From: Pedobacter sp.
GTDB taxonomy: Bacteria; Desulfobacterota; Desulfuromonadia; Desulfuromonadales; Syntrophotaleaceae
Length of the DNA: 64,000 nt
Assembly (NCBI GenBank): GCA_050253415.1
Contig: JBFWJC010000001.1
Coordinates: 904,679 to 968,678, forward strand
Direction: 5' to 3'
Part shown: positions 1 through 10,233 of the stretch, piece by piece
Numbering within the stretch: position 1 is the first letter of the stretch
How the letters are laid out: each line of letters opens with the position of its first letter
Position numbers and translations under genes: made by a program
Notes under the pieces: model-generated
Databases searched by the model: none
Told to the model about the DNA's origin: nothing
What the model saw: the letters and a program-made list of their open reading frames with translations, nothing else

Positions 1-3000
1 AGCAACTCCTCGCCGTCGAGCTTGGCTGCCTGGTTCGGGAAGTGCTTCGCCAGCAGATAGACGAACTGGGCGTCGCGGGTCAGGGGCGAGTGGAATGCGC
101 CGTCTTTGTTGCTGCCTTTGGCACCGAGGCGGTAGTGGCTGATCAGCTCAATGGCGGTGTCCTGCTTTTGCAGCAGGCCATAGGATGCGGCCATATAGGC
201 GGCGGCCAGATCCTGACGCCAGGTTTTTGACTGGTTTTTGTCCAGCCAGCTCTGCAGGCTGACCAGGTGGTTGGTGGTGACTTCCCCCATGCGCGTCAAC
301 AGGTAGATGGCATAGGCACGTACCCGCGCCTGCTCCAGATTTTCCGGCGTATGACCGACATAATAGCGCATATAATCCCTGCCGCGGGTCATGAGATCGT
401 TCGGCACAGCGTAGCCCAGTTCGCGCACCTCGAGCAGGAAATGCATGGCATAAACGCTGGGGAATTCCGCCACTTCGCTGCCACCGGGCCAGAAGCAGAA
501 ACCACCGTTGGCCAGTTGCCGCTCGCGCAGGCGGGTGATGAGGGTGGCGAATCGCTGCCGGTTGTCGCTGGAGTGGGGCGCGAAGGCCGGATGGCTCATG
601 AGGCCGACCAGCGGGAAAACCTGGCTGACCACCTGTTCGGTACAGCCGTGGGGGAAGTGCTCCAGGTAGGATGATAGTCCATCGATGAGTACCAGCGGGC
701 TGCTTGATGCCGCCACCTGCTGCTGGGCCAGATCGGCGTACAGCCTGCGGGGCACATTCAGCTGCGCCTTTCCGTTGTCCGCGAAGCCGCTTGTCATGGT
801 GGTGGCGTAGGGCAGCGCCGGACGGACGCTGAGGGTCGCACGGCGGGTAGCCTGCTCTTTGCCCGAGGTGACGATGAAGCGCACCTGTGCCGCACCAAGC
901 TTGTCTGTAGCCTTGAGTTGGAAGTGGACGGTTTTTTCGCTGCCTTCGCCGATGGTCAGCCGCTGGTCTTTATCCCCGACGATTCTAAGCTGTGGTGAAG
1001 CCTCCAGGCGCACGGTGACCGGGGTGTCCTTGCCCGAACCTTCCAGGATATTGCTGATGCTGGCCGAGGCGCGGAAACTGTCACCGGGAGCGGCCTGGGT
1101 CAGCAGGCTGGGGGTGATGACGAAGGGGCCGCGCACCAGGCTGGAGTTTTCCGCCACGCCGATAGCATCGGTCGCCACCGCCACCGCCATGACACGCAGG
1201 GTGCCGGAAAAGGTATCGGGGACCGTAAAGCTGACCGTGCGTTTTTGGCCGTCGGCATCGATAATTCCGGACCAGAACACGGCCGGTTTGTCCAGCGCTC
1301 GGGCGAAGGGGTTGAGATTGGCAGCCAGGGCTTTGCGCATGCTTTCGTCGGCTATGCCGCCGCCGCTGGCCGAGAGCTGACGGATCAGCTCGAATTCGGG
1401 CAGGATCAGGTCGAGCATCTGCAGGGTGTCGACCTGCAGGGCGCGTTTGCGCAAGAAGTGATCGAGGGGTTGCGGGGTCTTGTAGTTTGCTACCTGCAGA
1501 ATCCCCTCGTTTACGGCGAACACCGCGATGCGCGACGGGCGGGAGGCACTGTAGGCGATCTCCATCCGGTCGCCGGGGCGCACCTTGGGGGCCACCTCCA
1601 GCTGGACATCAAGCGTGCGTTTGCCGCGGTCGATGGTAAAAGGCGCCACGGCGTAGCTCAAGGGGCTGGTAAAGATTTCCCTGGAGTCGGCGGCGCGCAC
1701 AAAGGCGACGTTGATGTAGGCGTTGCCCTCGAGATTTTTGGGGATGGTTATGGTCTGCATGGAGCTGGTGGTATCCGTGGAGAACCATTTCCAGGCATGC
1801 ACTCGGTCGCTTTCAATGGTGATCAGGCCGCTGCCCGTGTAGGGAGCGGTGATGTTCATCTCGATGGTATCGCCGGCCTTGTAATCCTGACGGTCCAGTT
1901 TCAGATCGAGTTCGGCGTTTTTCTCAAGTTGCCCCAGCAGGTTGCCGTGACCAACCACGGTGAAGCGCACCCGGGCCAGTTTCAAGCCCTGCGGGTCCAG
2001 GATCTCCCAAACAAAGGTTCCCGGCCGGTTAGTGGGGAGCCGGTGTCGCATGCCGTCGACAGGGATGACAAAATCCTCTGACAGCATTTCCTGTTCCTTC
2101 TCCACGGACTGGTAGGCGTAGGTGCCATCCGGCTGCTGTACCAGGGTCGAGATCGTGCGGATTTCCGTGAGGCGCGCCTTCAGGTTTTTCACGGCCCGGG
2201 GTTTGAGATCGGTACCGATGGCGATGAGGTCGACAAAGCGTTCGGCCTCCTTATTGATGTAATCAAGTTTTCCGTCGCTTTTGGTGCCGACCAGGGTCTC
2301 CAGGGGGGACAGCAGCAGGCTATTGCGCGCGGTGACGCTGCGCCCGCCGCCGGGTTCGAAACCCTCGGTGGTGAGAGTCAGCATATAGGTCCCGGCGGTA
2401 AAGCGCTCCAGCGGCAGGGTGAATTCGGCCTGGCCCTGCGCATCGGTGGTCCGGGCTTCCAGTTCTTCGTCGATCTGTAGCGGCTGTTTGTCCGGGTCGT
2501 ACCAGGGATCGGCGAAGGTGTAATCCTTGTATTCCTTGAAGTTGAAACGGGCGCTGCGCACGTTCATGAAGGCGGTGACTTTACGCCCCTGTGCCGGGGT
2601 GCCGAACAGGTTGCGCAGGTCCACCCGGGCGGTGAGCTGTGTGGCGGTACTCCAGCCCCGTTCTTTGATACCGAGCAAGGTGCTCTGGATTTTCAGGGTA
2701 TCGGGCTGAAACTCCTCGACACGGAACTGGGCCAAGTCGATCATGCGCCCGCGGTATTTATTGTCACGCACCAGATACAGGGCCACCTGGTAGGTTCCGG
2801 TTTCCGAGGCGGGTTGGGTTACATAGGGGTAATCGAAGAAACCCTTGGTCGGAAGATTAAGACGTTTGCTGGCCACTTCAGCGCCACGCGGGCTGCGGAT
2901 GGCGATTTCCAGCGGGATCCCTTCGATATTGTCCAGCGACTGTGATTTGACGATACAGCCGATGGTCGCCTGCTCCCCTGGACGGTAGAGGCCACGGTCG

Positions 3001-5066
3001 CTGAACAGGTAAGCTCCGAGGCTCTCGCCGTTGGTTTGCCGGTCGCGAACGCCGTCGACCTGGAATCGGGAAAAATTGAGTTGCCGGGCGGGGCGCTCAA
3101 ACGGGATAAAGGCGGTGTCGCCGGCGGTTTTGACCACATAGACGGTCGGCTGTTGCTCGTTCTCGAACCCCTTGGTGCTGGGGAACCGCGCATGGCCCTG
3201 ATTGTCGGTGGTGCGGGTCAGCAGCGGCAGGCCGTTGCGTCCCTGCAGAGTGACTTTTGCACCGGCCACCGGGCGGCCATTGCCGAAAGACTGCACGAAG
3301 ACTTCATGGCTCTGGTCGGCGTTGTCCTTGACCAGCAGGCCCAGGTCGGTCACCAGAATCAAACGCCTGTCGCTGATCCAGCCCAATTTTTGTTTGCGGG
3401 TCTTGTCCCAGCCGCATATTTCCACGAAGAACAAGCCGCAGCGGTCGTTACCCGTGGGCAGGTAAGTGCTGAGGTCGACGGAGGCGTAATTGGCCTGTTG
3501 AGGAGGCAGCGGTTTAAGGTCGACGATCTGCTGGGCATATTCAACGATGTTGTCCTGGTCGAAACGGTAGCTGGCAAAGGAGGGATCGCGCAGATCGCCG
3601 CGGGTCTGGCTGACCAGGTGCTGCAACTGGCCCGGCAGCAGTTTGCCGATGCGTATCTGGAAGGCCTCCAGTCCGCGGGCCATGAGTCCCAATTGGTGCG
3701 CGCCGGCCAGCGACAGCAGTGCGCCATCGGCGGCGATGGTGATCTCTTTTGGATAATCAGGAACCGTTACCAGTGTGTCGTAAAGGGAGGCATGGATGAA
3801 TCCGCCCAGGGAGGTCAGACCTGGCTTGAGGCGCAGGTAGAGGGTGCGGCCCGGCGGTGCATCCAGGGGCAGATGATATTCCTTGGCGAAGCCATGTTCC
3901 GTCTCGAGGGGGGCCGGGGGCAGGGGGGTGGCACTGGCCAGCACCGCGTCGGTTACTTCACGGGGACTGCGCCAGGATCGATTGTTGCGCTGCGGGTTGC
4001 GCGGTGGCAACAGCCAGACCTGCAGTTTGTCCTTCAGTTCGGTTTCGGCGATGTCGTCGGTGAACCGGAGGGTAACAACCTGTTGCGGTTCGTTTTTTTG
4101 GGTACGGACGATATCGGCGGTGGCGCTTTCGACCTTCAGGAAGCTGAGGCGGTCGGGGATCAGCAATTCCTTGGAGAGTTGCTGATCCGATGGCGAACCA
4201 CCGGTAGCCGGGGCGATGCCGGCTTTGAGGTCCAGTCGCAGGTAGTTGCTATGTTCCGGTAGTTGCAACGGGACGCTGTGCACATAGGCTTCACGCTGGT
4301 TCTTGTCGCAGGTGAGGGTGAATGTGATCTGTTCCGGGCGGGTTTTGCTCCCCTCGTCGGAGGGGCGCATGGTCAGAGTCAGATGTTTTTCCAGACTTTG
4401 GATATCCACCGGATGGGAAAACCGCAGGGTGGCGACAGCCTGACGAACTTTGCGGTCCCTGGGGTCCTGATAAAACTCCAGATTGCCGAGATCGATGTTG
4501 AAATCCGGTGTATGAAATTCGTAGCTCAGGGTCTTGAAACGGGCCTCATGCGAGAACAGTTTTTTGTCGAAGCGCACCCGGTAGCGGGTGCCGGCCTGCC
4601 ATTCGCGATCGGGGACAAACACCAGGGTGTTGTCCCCCTCCCAGCTCCAGGAACCGCCCATGGCCGGTTCGAGGTGGATGCCAGCTTCGACGCGCTGGTC
4701 CACCAGTTCGAGGCGCGCCACCGATGGCGGTGCGTCGGGGAGTTCCTGCTCCGGTTGCAGTCGCTCTGTATCGTAGATAAAAGTGACGCGCAGGGCATCG
4801 GGTTGCGGGTTTTCGATGTTGGGGGTGATCCCCGGGGACTCGATCTCAGCCGTCAGTAACAGAGGTTTTGGCAGTTGCCGATAGTAAAGGTAGCCCGCCC
4901 CTGTCGCGAAGGTCAGCAATAAAACCATTGCAAGTCCGCCCCAGAATCGACCCGGTCGCTGTTTGCGCGTGCGCTGCAAGGCCGCAGCCCAGGGTGGGGG
5001 CGTCCAGCAAAATGAGCCAGCAAGTTTGCTTGCACAACGACCGGCGACGCGAAACAGTCTCCTCAT
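1..5066 (-). CDS. Bacterial alpha-2-macroglobulin family protein (3' end outside window)
   Basis: Hand translation from ATG 5066 (GGAG RBS; alternative ATG 5075) gives MRRLFRVAGRC..., a TM segment GLAMVLLLTFATGAGYLYY and MG2-type FSDRGLYRPGE. The thioester motif FPHGCTEQ (GCTEQ at 633-647) is in the same frame. Not in the ORF track because its stop lies outside the window; I spot-checked the frame rather than every codon. Confidence 0.9.
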   Translation of the reverse strand, partial: MRRLFRVAGRCASKLAGSFCWTPPPWAAALQRTRKQRPGRFWGGLAMVLLLTFATGAGYLYYRQLPKPLLLTAEIESPGITPNIENPQPDALRVTFIYDTERLQPEQELPDAPPSVARLELVDQRVEAGIHLEPAMGGSWSWEGDNTLVFVPDREWQAGTRYRVRFDKKLFSHEARFKTLSYEFHTPDFNIDLGNLEFYQDPRDRKVRQAVATLRFSHPVDIQSLEKHLTLTMRPSDEGSKTRPEQITFTLTCDKNQREAYVHSVPLQLPEHSNYLRLDLKAGIAPATGGSPSDQQLSKELLIPDRLSFLKVESATADIVRTQKNEPQQVVTLRFTDDIAETELKDKLQVWLLPPRNPQRNNRSWRSPREVTDAVLASATPLPPAPLETEHGFAKEYHLPLDAPPGRTLYLRLKPGLTSLGGFIHASLYDTLVTVPDYPKEITIAADGALLSLAGAHQLGLMARGLEAFQIRIGKLLPGQLQHLVSQTRGDLRDPSFASYRFDQDNIVEYAQQIVDLKPLPPQQANYASVDLSTYLPTGNDRCGLFFVEICGWDKTRKQKLGWISDRRLILVTDLGLLVKDNADQSHEVFVQSFGNGRPVAGAKVTLQGRNGLPLLTRTTDNQGHARFPSTKGFENEQQPTVYVVKTAGDTAFIPFERPARQLNFSRFQVDGVRDRQTNGESLGAYLFSDRGLYRPGEQATIGCIVKSQSLDNIEGIPLEIAIRSPRGAEVASKRLNLPTKGFFDYPYVTQPASETGTYQVALYLVRDNKYRGRMIDLAQFRVEEFQPDTLKIQSTLLGIKERGWSTATQLTARVDLRNLFGTPAQGRKVTAFMNVRSARFNFKEYKDYTFADPWYDPDKQPLQIDEELEARTTDAQGQAEFTLPLERFTAGTYMLTLTTEGFEPGGGRSVTARNSLLLSPLETLVGTKSDGKLDYINKEAERFVDLIAIGTDLKPRAVKNLKARLTEIRTISTLVQQPDGTYAYQSVEKEQEMLSEDFVIPVDGMRHRLPTNRPGTFVWEILDPQGLKLARVRFTVVGHGNLLGQLEKNAELDLKLDRQDYKAGDTIEMNITAPYTGSGLITIESDRVHAWKWFSTDTTSSMQTITIPKNLEGNAYINVAFVRAADSREIFTSPLSYAVAPFTIDRGKRTLDVQLEVAPKVRPGDRMEIAYSASRPSRIAVFAVNEGILQVANYKTPQPLDHFLRKRALQVDTLQMLDLILPEFELIRQLSASGGGIADESMRKALAANLNPFARALDKPAVFWSGIIDADGQKRTVSFTVPDTFSGTLRVMAVAVATDAIGVAENSSLVRGPFVITPSLLTQAAPGDSFRASASISNILEGSGKDTPVTVRLEASPQLRIVGDKDQRLTIGEGSEKTVHFQLKATDKLGAAQVRFIVTSGKEQATRRATLSVRPALPYATTMTSGFADNGKAQLNVPRRLYADLAQQQVAASSSPLVLIDGLSSYLEHFPHGCTEQVVSQVFPLVGLMSHPAFAPHSSDNRQRFATLITRLRERQLANGGFCFWPGGSEVAEFPSVYAMHFLLEVRELGYAVPNDLMTRGRDYMRYYVGHTPENLEQARVRAYAIYLLTRMGEVTTNHLVSLQSWLDKNQSKTWRQDLAAAYMAASYGLLQKQDTAIELISHYRLGAKGSNKDGAFHSPLTRDAQFVYLLAKHFPNQAAKLDGEEL

Positions 5067-5377
5067 AGTCTCCATCCTTTTGTGTACGCGGGATTTCTGT
5101 ATATGGATACCGCGAAGCATTTTCCTTTGGGCTATCCTGAACCTATTTTCAGCCATCAACTGTTTTTCATAATTGCGGACAAATATATCATGATGCCGCT
5201 CACTTGACGAGGGTCATTGTTGAACTTGCCAATGATGAGAAATCGTAAAAAAAATTTAAGAAAAATGTCAACTTGTTGACTGTTTGGAAGCTTAACTAAG
5301 CCATAAATAAAGGGATTTTTTTATTTACATTTTTGGTCGTGATTAGTATAGTCCCGTCCATAATGGTGTTCTAATTA

Positions 5378-5417
5378 TCGTATACATATTCTTTCTGGTT
5401 AATTTTAGTGTATACGA
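5378..5417. promoter_or_regulatory. Candidate operator: perfect 9-bp inverted repeat TCGTATACA-N22-TGTATACGA in divergent AT-rich promoter region
   Basis: Seen directly between the divergent A2M and MCP genes; regulator unknown. Confidence 0.35.
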
Positions 5418-5631
5418 GTTTGTTATGTGGTCTTTGTTTTCGTTTGACTATCTTTTATTTGATTGAATGGAACTCGCGGTCGACCGCTTTTGGCACAAGG
5501 ACTTTTAATCTGTGATCATAACAGGACGATCTCATCTACTCCTGATACATCTTATTGTTTGTTTTTGGGAGAAATCCGTTTTCAAAATTGTTGTCGATGG
5601 CAAAAAATCATAAGTTGCTCTGGAGGTAAGT

Positions 5632-7641
5632 ATGAAATGGAATTTGCGAGGGAAGATTTTATTTCCAACCATTCTGGTGGTTCTGGTCGGGTTGGCGCTG
5701 TCAGGGTTTCTTAATTACCGATCGTCCAAGGTCGCCCTGGAAACGACCATTGACGGACAGTTGACCGAAATGACCCGCAGTCTGGCCGGGCAGTTCGAGG
5801 GCTGGATCGATGGGTTGAGCAAGGATATCGAGATCTGTTCCCAGCGTGATGTCATTCGCAAGGCGCTGCATGCCGAAAGTGAGGAACAGCGACTGGCAAC
5901 TTCTGCGGCAGCCGGTGTTGCACTCGAAACGATGGTTAAACAGTATGGCGGCTACGAGGGTTTTCATGTCACCGGTATGGATGGTGTCGTAGTGGCGTCT
6001 TCCGACCCGGCTGCCGTTGGCAAGCTCGACATCAGCCAGCGTGATTATTTCCGTGCGAGTCTTACAGGCAAGACCGTCGTTTCCGAGGTGTTGCGCAGCA
6101 AGGTGACCAACAATCCAATCTTCGTTATTGCAGTACCTGTACATGACGGGGCTGAGATTGCCGGGGTGATTATCGGGGTGCTGGACCTGATGCAATTTAC
6201 CGAGAAATATATCAGCCCCATCAAGGTAGGCCAACGTGGCTACGTTTATCTGCTTGATGACCAAGGCCGTTTTATCGCCCATCCCAATCAAGACAATATT
6301 CTCAATGTGGATGTTTCCGGCTACGATTGGGGGCAGGAGGTGCTGCGCAAAAAGAAAGGCTTTACTCTCTACCAATGGGAAGGTATCGACAAGCTGCTTG
6401 CCTATGATCAGGTTCCTTCCACCGGATGGATCGTGGCCGCCTGCGCCGAAAGTCACGACGTGTTTTCCGCGATTGACGGGATTCGTAACCAGAGCCTCTT
6501 CATCGCTCTTATTCTGCTGGCAGTGCTGGCCGGGGTCGTTTTCCTCGTCGTGCGCCCTATTGTTAACGATGTACGTCTTGGGGTCCGGTTTGCCGAAACT
6601 ATTGGCCTTGGGGATCTGTCAGAACGATTACAACTTGCGCGGCATGATGAAATCGGTCAACTGGGGCAAGCCCTTGATGGCATGGCCGACAGCCTGCAGG
6701 CCAAAGCCCGCCTTGCCGACCAGATTGCTCAGGGCAACCTGGCTGTTGAGGTGCAACTGGCTTCGGACAGGGATCAGTTGGGGCAGGCCCTGCAGGGAAT
6801 GACATCCAATCTCAATGAAGTGCTCACCCAGGTAAGCGAGGCCGGAGAGCACATCGCCAGTTGCGCACTTCAGGTTGCGGATTCAAGTCAATCCTTGTCG
6901 CAGAGTGCTACCGAGGCTGCGGCCTCCATGGAGGAGATTACTGCGTCCATGACCGAGATGGCTTCCCAGACCGGTCTTAACGCGGAAAATGCCGAGCAAG
7001 CCAATAAATTGTCCGATAATGCTCGTAGCGGCGCGACTCAGGGGGCCGAGTTGATGGAAAAAATGCTGGCGGCTATCTGGGATATCAACGCTTCGAGTGA
7101 AGATATTTCCAAAATTATCAAGGTTATCGACGAGATTGCCTTCCAGACCAACCTGCTGGCGCTCAACGCTGCCGTCGAGGCCGCCCGTGCCGGCCAGCAC
7201 GGCAAGGGGTTTGCGGTGGTGGCCGAAGAAGTACGTACCCTGGCGGCACGCAGCGCCAAGGCCGCCAAGGAAACCGCCGAACTCATCGAGAATTCCGTGG
7301 CCAAGACGCGCAACGGAACGGAACTGGCCGACAAGACAGCCGTTGCCTTGCAGACCATTGTCGATGGTGCGACCAAGGTTTCCGACCTGGTCGCGGAAAT
7401 CTCCATGGCATCCAACGAACAGGCCCAGGGCTTCAGCCAGGTTAACCTGGGCTTGAATCAGATCGATGGCGTTACCCAGCAGAATACCGCCAATGCGGAG
7501 GAAAGCGCTGCGGCAGCCCAGGAGCTTACCGGTCAGGCCGAACGCATGCAGCAGATGTTGGCACGTTTTACCCTGAAAGGTCAGTCGCGGGGTAACGGTA
7601 AGCCGGCCAGCACAGCAGTTCTGGCTTTGCCATCGGCATAA
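5632..7641 (+). CDS. Methyl-accepting chemotaxis protein (dCache sensor, HAMP, MA domain)
   Basis: Two TM segments flanking a Cache domain ([21 protein letters not shown]); signalling hairpin [42 protein letters not shown]. Confidence 0.97.
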   Translation: MKWNLRGKILFPTILVVLVGLALSGFLNYRSSKVALETTIDGQLTEMTRSLAGQFEGWIDGLSKDIEICSQRDVIRKALHAESEEQRLATSAAAGVALETMVKQYGGYEGFHVTGMDGVVVASSDPAAVGKLDISQRDYFRASLTGKTVVSEVLRSKVTNNPIFVIAVPVHDGAEIAGVIIGVLDLMQFTEKYISPIKVGQRGYVYLLDDQGRFIAHPNQDNILNVDVSGYDWGQEVLRKKKGFTLYQWEGIDKLLAYDQVPSTGWIVAACAESHDVFSAIDGIRNQSLFIALILLAVLAGVVFLVVRPIVNDVRLGVRFAETIGLGDLSERLQLARHDEIGQLGQALDGMADSLQAKARLADQIAQGNLAVEVQLASDRDQLGQALQGMTSNLNEVLTQVSEAGEHIASCALQVADSSQSLSQSATEAAASMEEITASMTEMASQTGLNAENAEQANKLSDNARSGATQGAELMEKMLAAIWDINASSEDISKIIKVIDEIAFQTNLLALNAAVEAARAGQHGKGFAVVAEEVRTLAARSAKAAKETAELIENSVAKTRNGTELADKTAVALQTIVDGATKVSDLVAEISMASNEQAQGFSQVNLGLNQIDGVTQQNTANAEESAAAAQELTGQAERMQQMLARFTLKGQSRGNGKPASTAVLALPSA

Positions 7642-7660
7642 TTCCCCAAGAAATACTATG

Positions 7661-7709
7661 AAAAAAGCCGTCTCCCTCTGCCAGCAGGCAAAAGGAGACG
7701 GCTTTTTTA
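7661..7709. terminator. Bidirectional intrinsic terminator
   Basis: AAAAAAGCCGTCTCC...GGAGACGGCTTTTTT between convergent mcp and cheW. Confidence 0.8.
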
Positions 7710-7766
7710 TTATCGGGACGAGACAGGCGACATGGTGCTAAACATACTTGCCACCGTGAGGGGAAC

Positions 7767-8273
7767 TCAGTGGCTCATGAATCTTTCGACATGCAACAGA
7801 ATCTTGACCGAATCGCCGGTCTTGCCAATACCCATGATATAACTCTTGGTCCCTCCCATGTCGCCTGACTGAGCTGTTTCGATTTGATCCTGGGCGATGT
7901 TGGCGACTTCGTTAACCTGGTCAACAATCATGCCGGTAGTCTGGTTGTTAACATGGATGACGACGATGCAGGTCCGCTCATCGTAGGCACGCTCCGGTAG
8001 CCCGAAACGGGCGCGGACGTCGACCACCGGGATGATGCGTCCTCGCAGATTAATGACCCCTTTAATGAAGTGCGGCATGTCAGGCACCTTGGTGATCTTT
8101 TGAACGCCGATGATTTCCGTGACGAATTCGATGCCCATGCCGTATTCTTCATCCCCGATCCAAAAAGTGAGGAACTTATCCTTCATGGTGTCTTCGGAAT
8201 CGAACATATCGACGTTGGCTCTATTGGCAGGTGTCTGGAGTATCTGTTCCGCATTCTGTGTGGTATTTTGCAT
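7767..8273 (-). CDS. cheW: Chemotaxis coupling protein CheW
   Basis: KFLTFWIGDEEYG, VPDMPHFIKGVINLRGRIIPVVD, GMIVDQVNEV; ATG 8273 with GAGGGAAG RBS preferred over the upstream TTG, which lies in the riboswitch terminator. Confidence 0.95.
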   Translation of the reverse strand: MQNTTQNAEQILQTPANRANVDMFDSEDTMKDKFLTFWIGDEEYGMGIEFVTEIIGVQKITKVPDMPHFIKGVINLRGRIIPVVDVRARFGLPERAYDERTCIVVIHVNNQTTGMIVDQVNEVANIAQDQIETAQSGDMGGTKSYIMGIGKTGDSVKILLHVERFMSH

Positions 8274-8313
8274 GACTTCCCTCTCTTCCGTGAGAGGCCG
8301 TGTGGCCAGCCTC

Positions 8314-8346
8314 AAATAAAAAATCCACCTTCAAGCCGAAGGTGGA
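8314..8346 (-). terminator. Riboswitch expression-platform terminator upstream of cheW
   Basis: Minus strand TCCACCTTC-GGCTT-GAAGGTGGA followed by TTTTTTATTT. Confidence 0.85.
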
Positions 8347-8396
8347 CCAAGACATCAGCCCGATTGAAGAGAGGCCTGCTGTCTGCGCGTCGTCGG

Positions 8397-8481
8397 TTTC
8401 TTCGGTAACCTGGCGGCCCGGTCAACCCGGGTCCATGGCTTTGCGTCGCCGGGTCGCCCCGGGTTTGCTTTTATCGGAAAT
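8397..8481 (-). ncRNA. GEMM-I (c-di-GMP-I family) riboswitch, A20 variant (predicted 3',3'-cGAMP binder)
   Basis: Minus strand CGATAAAAGCAAACCCGGG-GCGA-CCCGGCGACGCAAAGCC...CCAGGTTACCGAA matches the GEMM-I consensus (GCAAACC..GNRA..GACGCAAAGC..GGTTACCG); A at the Vc2-G20 equivalent (8469). Confidence 0.9.
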
Positions 8482-8624
8482 ATTATGTGAGTTATTTAGT
8501 ACGATTTCCTTTGTGCCATAAATAAATGGTCAGGTCAATAAACAAAGCATGAGAGTCGAAGGCCCGGAGGGTATTACAGGGTATTGAGAGTCACCTGCGA
8601 TCGCTGTCATTGTGCTCTTGAATT

Positions 8625-8661
8625 AAAAAGCAGGGCCGGATTATTCCGACCCTGCTTTTTT
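8625..8661 (-). terminator. Intrinsic terminator after ompA-family gene
   Basis: AAAAAGCAGGGCCGGA-TTAT-TCCGACCCTGCTTTTTT. Confidence 0.75.
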
Positions 8662-8678
8662 GGTTTATGTCGGAACTG

Positions 8679-9941
8679 TTATTCAGGCAGAACCGCGCAG
8701 CATACGAGTTCAACGCGGCGGTTCTGGTAGCGACCTTCTTCCGTATCGTTGGTGGCAACCGGCTGGGTTTCTCCCATGCCCTTGGCCTTAAGCTTGGTGG
8801 CATCCAGACCGTAGTTGGTGATCAGCGCCTGCCGGACAGCTTCGGCCCGCCGCTGGGAAAGCTTCATGTTGTAGGCGTCCTTGCCCTTGCTGTCCGTATG
8901 TCCGGTCAGTACGATGAAGGGAACGTGGCTATTGGCGCGAACAAAAGCCGCGGCCTTGTCCAGTTCCGTTTTGAATTCAGGCTTGATCACAGCCTTGTCG
9001 AAATCGAAATTGATGTGCAGGGTGAGTTTGAGTTCGCAGCCCGTGTCGTCGACGAGGGTGCCCTTAGGGGTGCCGGGGCACTGGTCGAGGTAGTCGAAGA
9101 CACCGTCGCCGTCACTATCAAGGGGGCAGCCCTTGGCATCTACCGGTGCGCCTTTGGGGGTGTCGGGGCACTGGTCGAGGTAGTCGAAGACACCGTCGCC
9201 GTCACTATCGAGGGGGCAGCCTTTGGCATCTACCGGTGCGCCTTTGGGGGTATCGGGGCACTGATCGAGGTAGTCGAAGACACCGTCGCCGTCGCTATCG
9301 AGGGGGCAGCCCTTGGCATCCACAGCAGCACCTTTGGGGGTGTCGGGGCACTGGTCGAGGTCGTCCGTTACGCCGTCGCCATCCGAATCCATGGGGGCTT
9401 TTTTAACCGGTTGCTCGGTTCCGGCAAACTGAAATTTGAAGCCGGCCGTATAGATGAAATTGTTTTCCAGATTGCTTTCGTTGAAGCCGATCATATGACG
9501 GACATCCGCGCGCAAGGCTACGTTCTCACCGAGGAAATAAAGCAGACCGGCACCGTAGTTGGTCATGAACTCATCGTCGCCGTCAAGGGTGTAGCCGCCT
9601 ACCCCGGCTGCCAGGTAAGGGACCAGTTTGTTGTCCGGCATGAAGTGGTAGAGAGCGTCCAGGCGATAGTTCCAGAAGTCGGCATCGTCGCCAGAACCTT
9701 CTTTGTCGAGATTGGCTCCGGCGATTACCGCCTCAAGTCCCAAAGCCTGGGTGAAGTTATAGCCGAGACCGAGGCTGTATGCGAGGCCATTACTGTCGAC
9801 AGGCTGATCGCCTTCCATGGTGATGCCGCCGAGCATGGGCGACAACGTCAATACTCCTGTTTTGATTTCGGCCTGCGAGATGGCTGGCATCGCGCACAAC
9901 GACAGCACAAGTGCGGCAACGAGAGATTTTACGATTTTCAT
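8679..9941 (-). CDS. OmpA/OprF-family outer membrane protein with thrombospondin type-3 (Ca-binding) repeats
   Basis: Signal peptide, beta-barrel, four DSDGDGVxDxLDQCPxTPKG repeats, C-terminal OmpA domain (GHTDSKG..YNMKLSQRRAEAV, NRRVE). Confidence 0.95.
   Translation of the reverse strand: MKIVKSLVAALVLSLCAMPAISQAEIKTGVLTLSPMLGGITMEGDQPVDSNGLAYSLGLGYNFTQALGLEAVIAGANLDKEGSGDDADFWNYRLDALYHFMPDNKLVPYLAAGVGGYTLDGDDEFMTNYGAGLLYFLGENVALRADVRHMIGFNESNLENNFIYTAGFKFQFAGTEQPVKKAPMDSDGDGVTDDLDQCPDTPKGAAVDAKGCPLDSDGDGVFDYLDQCPDTPKGAPVDAKGCPLDSDGDGVFDYLDQCPDTPKGAPVDAKGCPLDSDGDGVFDYLDQCPGTPKGTLVDDTGCELKLTLHINFDFDKAVIKPEFKTELDKAAAFVRANSHVPFIVLTGHTDSKGKDAYNMKLSQRRAEAVRQALITNYGLDATKLKAKGMGETQPVATNDTEEGRYQNRRVELVCCAVLPE
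9060..9392 (-). repeat. Intragenic 90-bp tandem repeat (about 3.7 copies)
   Basis: Near-identical units (GGGGCACTGGTCGAGGTAGTCGAAGACACCGTCGCCGTC...) recur every 90 nt. Confidence 0.9.
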
Positions 9942-10178
9942 TCAATACCTCCATTTTGGAATTTCAAGGTTGGACATAAAACTTACCGCAGCGGTAATAG
10001 TTTATGATCTTACCACTACGGTAAGTTGTCTTCAAGGAGTATAATTTTTCATGGCTCATTGTTTTTTGTTTATTTGTCCGGGGTCCGGCATTTTTCTTGT
10101 GGGGCAAAGGGTTGAAATGCATTCATACTATCATGTTTTAGGCTTCCGTCCAGCGCGTCTCACTATCTCTCAAAAAGC

Positions 10179-10206
10179 AAAGCCCCGGCAGAGGTTGCCG
10201 GGGCTT
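10179..10206 (-). terminator. Intrinsic terminator after lemA
   Basis: AAGCCCCGGCA-GAGGT-TGCCGGGGCTT with T tract on the minus strand. Confidence 0.7.
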
Positions 10207-10233
10207 GAGGTTCGTTGAGTCGGGAATGCAGTG

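Noticed and set aside
42..5068. Many plus-strand ORFs (e.g. 3036..4262, 1245..2081)
   Set aside because: Antisense shadows of the minus-strand alpha-2-macroglobulin; no recognisable motifs
5491..5506. TGGCAC sigma54-like element upstream of MCP (similar ones near 8515 and 45132)
   Set aside because: No GC at the required GG-N10-GC spacing
9060..9392. Possible CRISPR array
   Set aside because: Repeats are contiguous 90-bp coding units with no unique spacers, and no cas genes are present
8667..10007. 446-aa plus-strand ORF with repeats
   Set aside because: Antisense of the OmpA gene; its repeats mirror the TSP3 repeats
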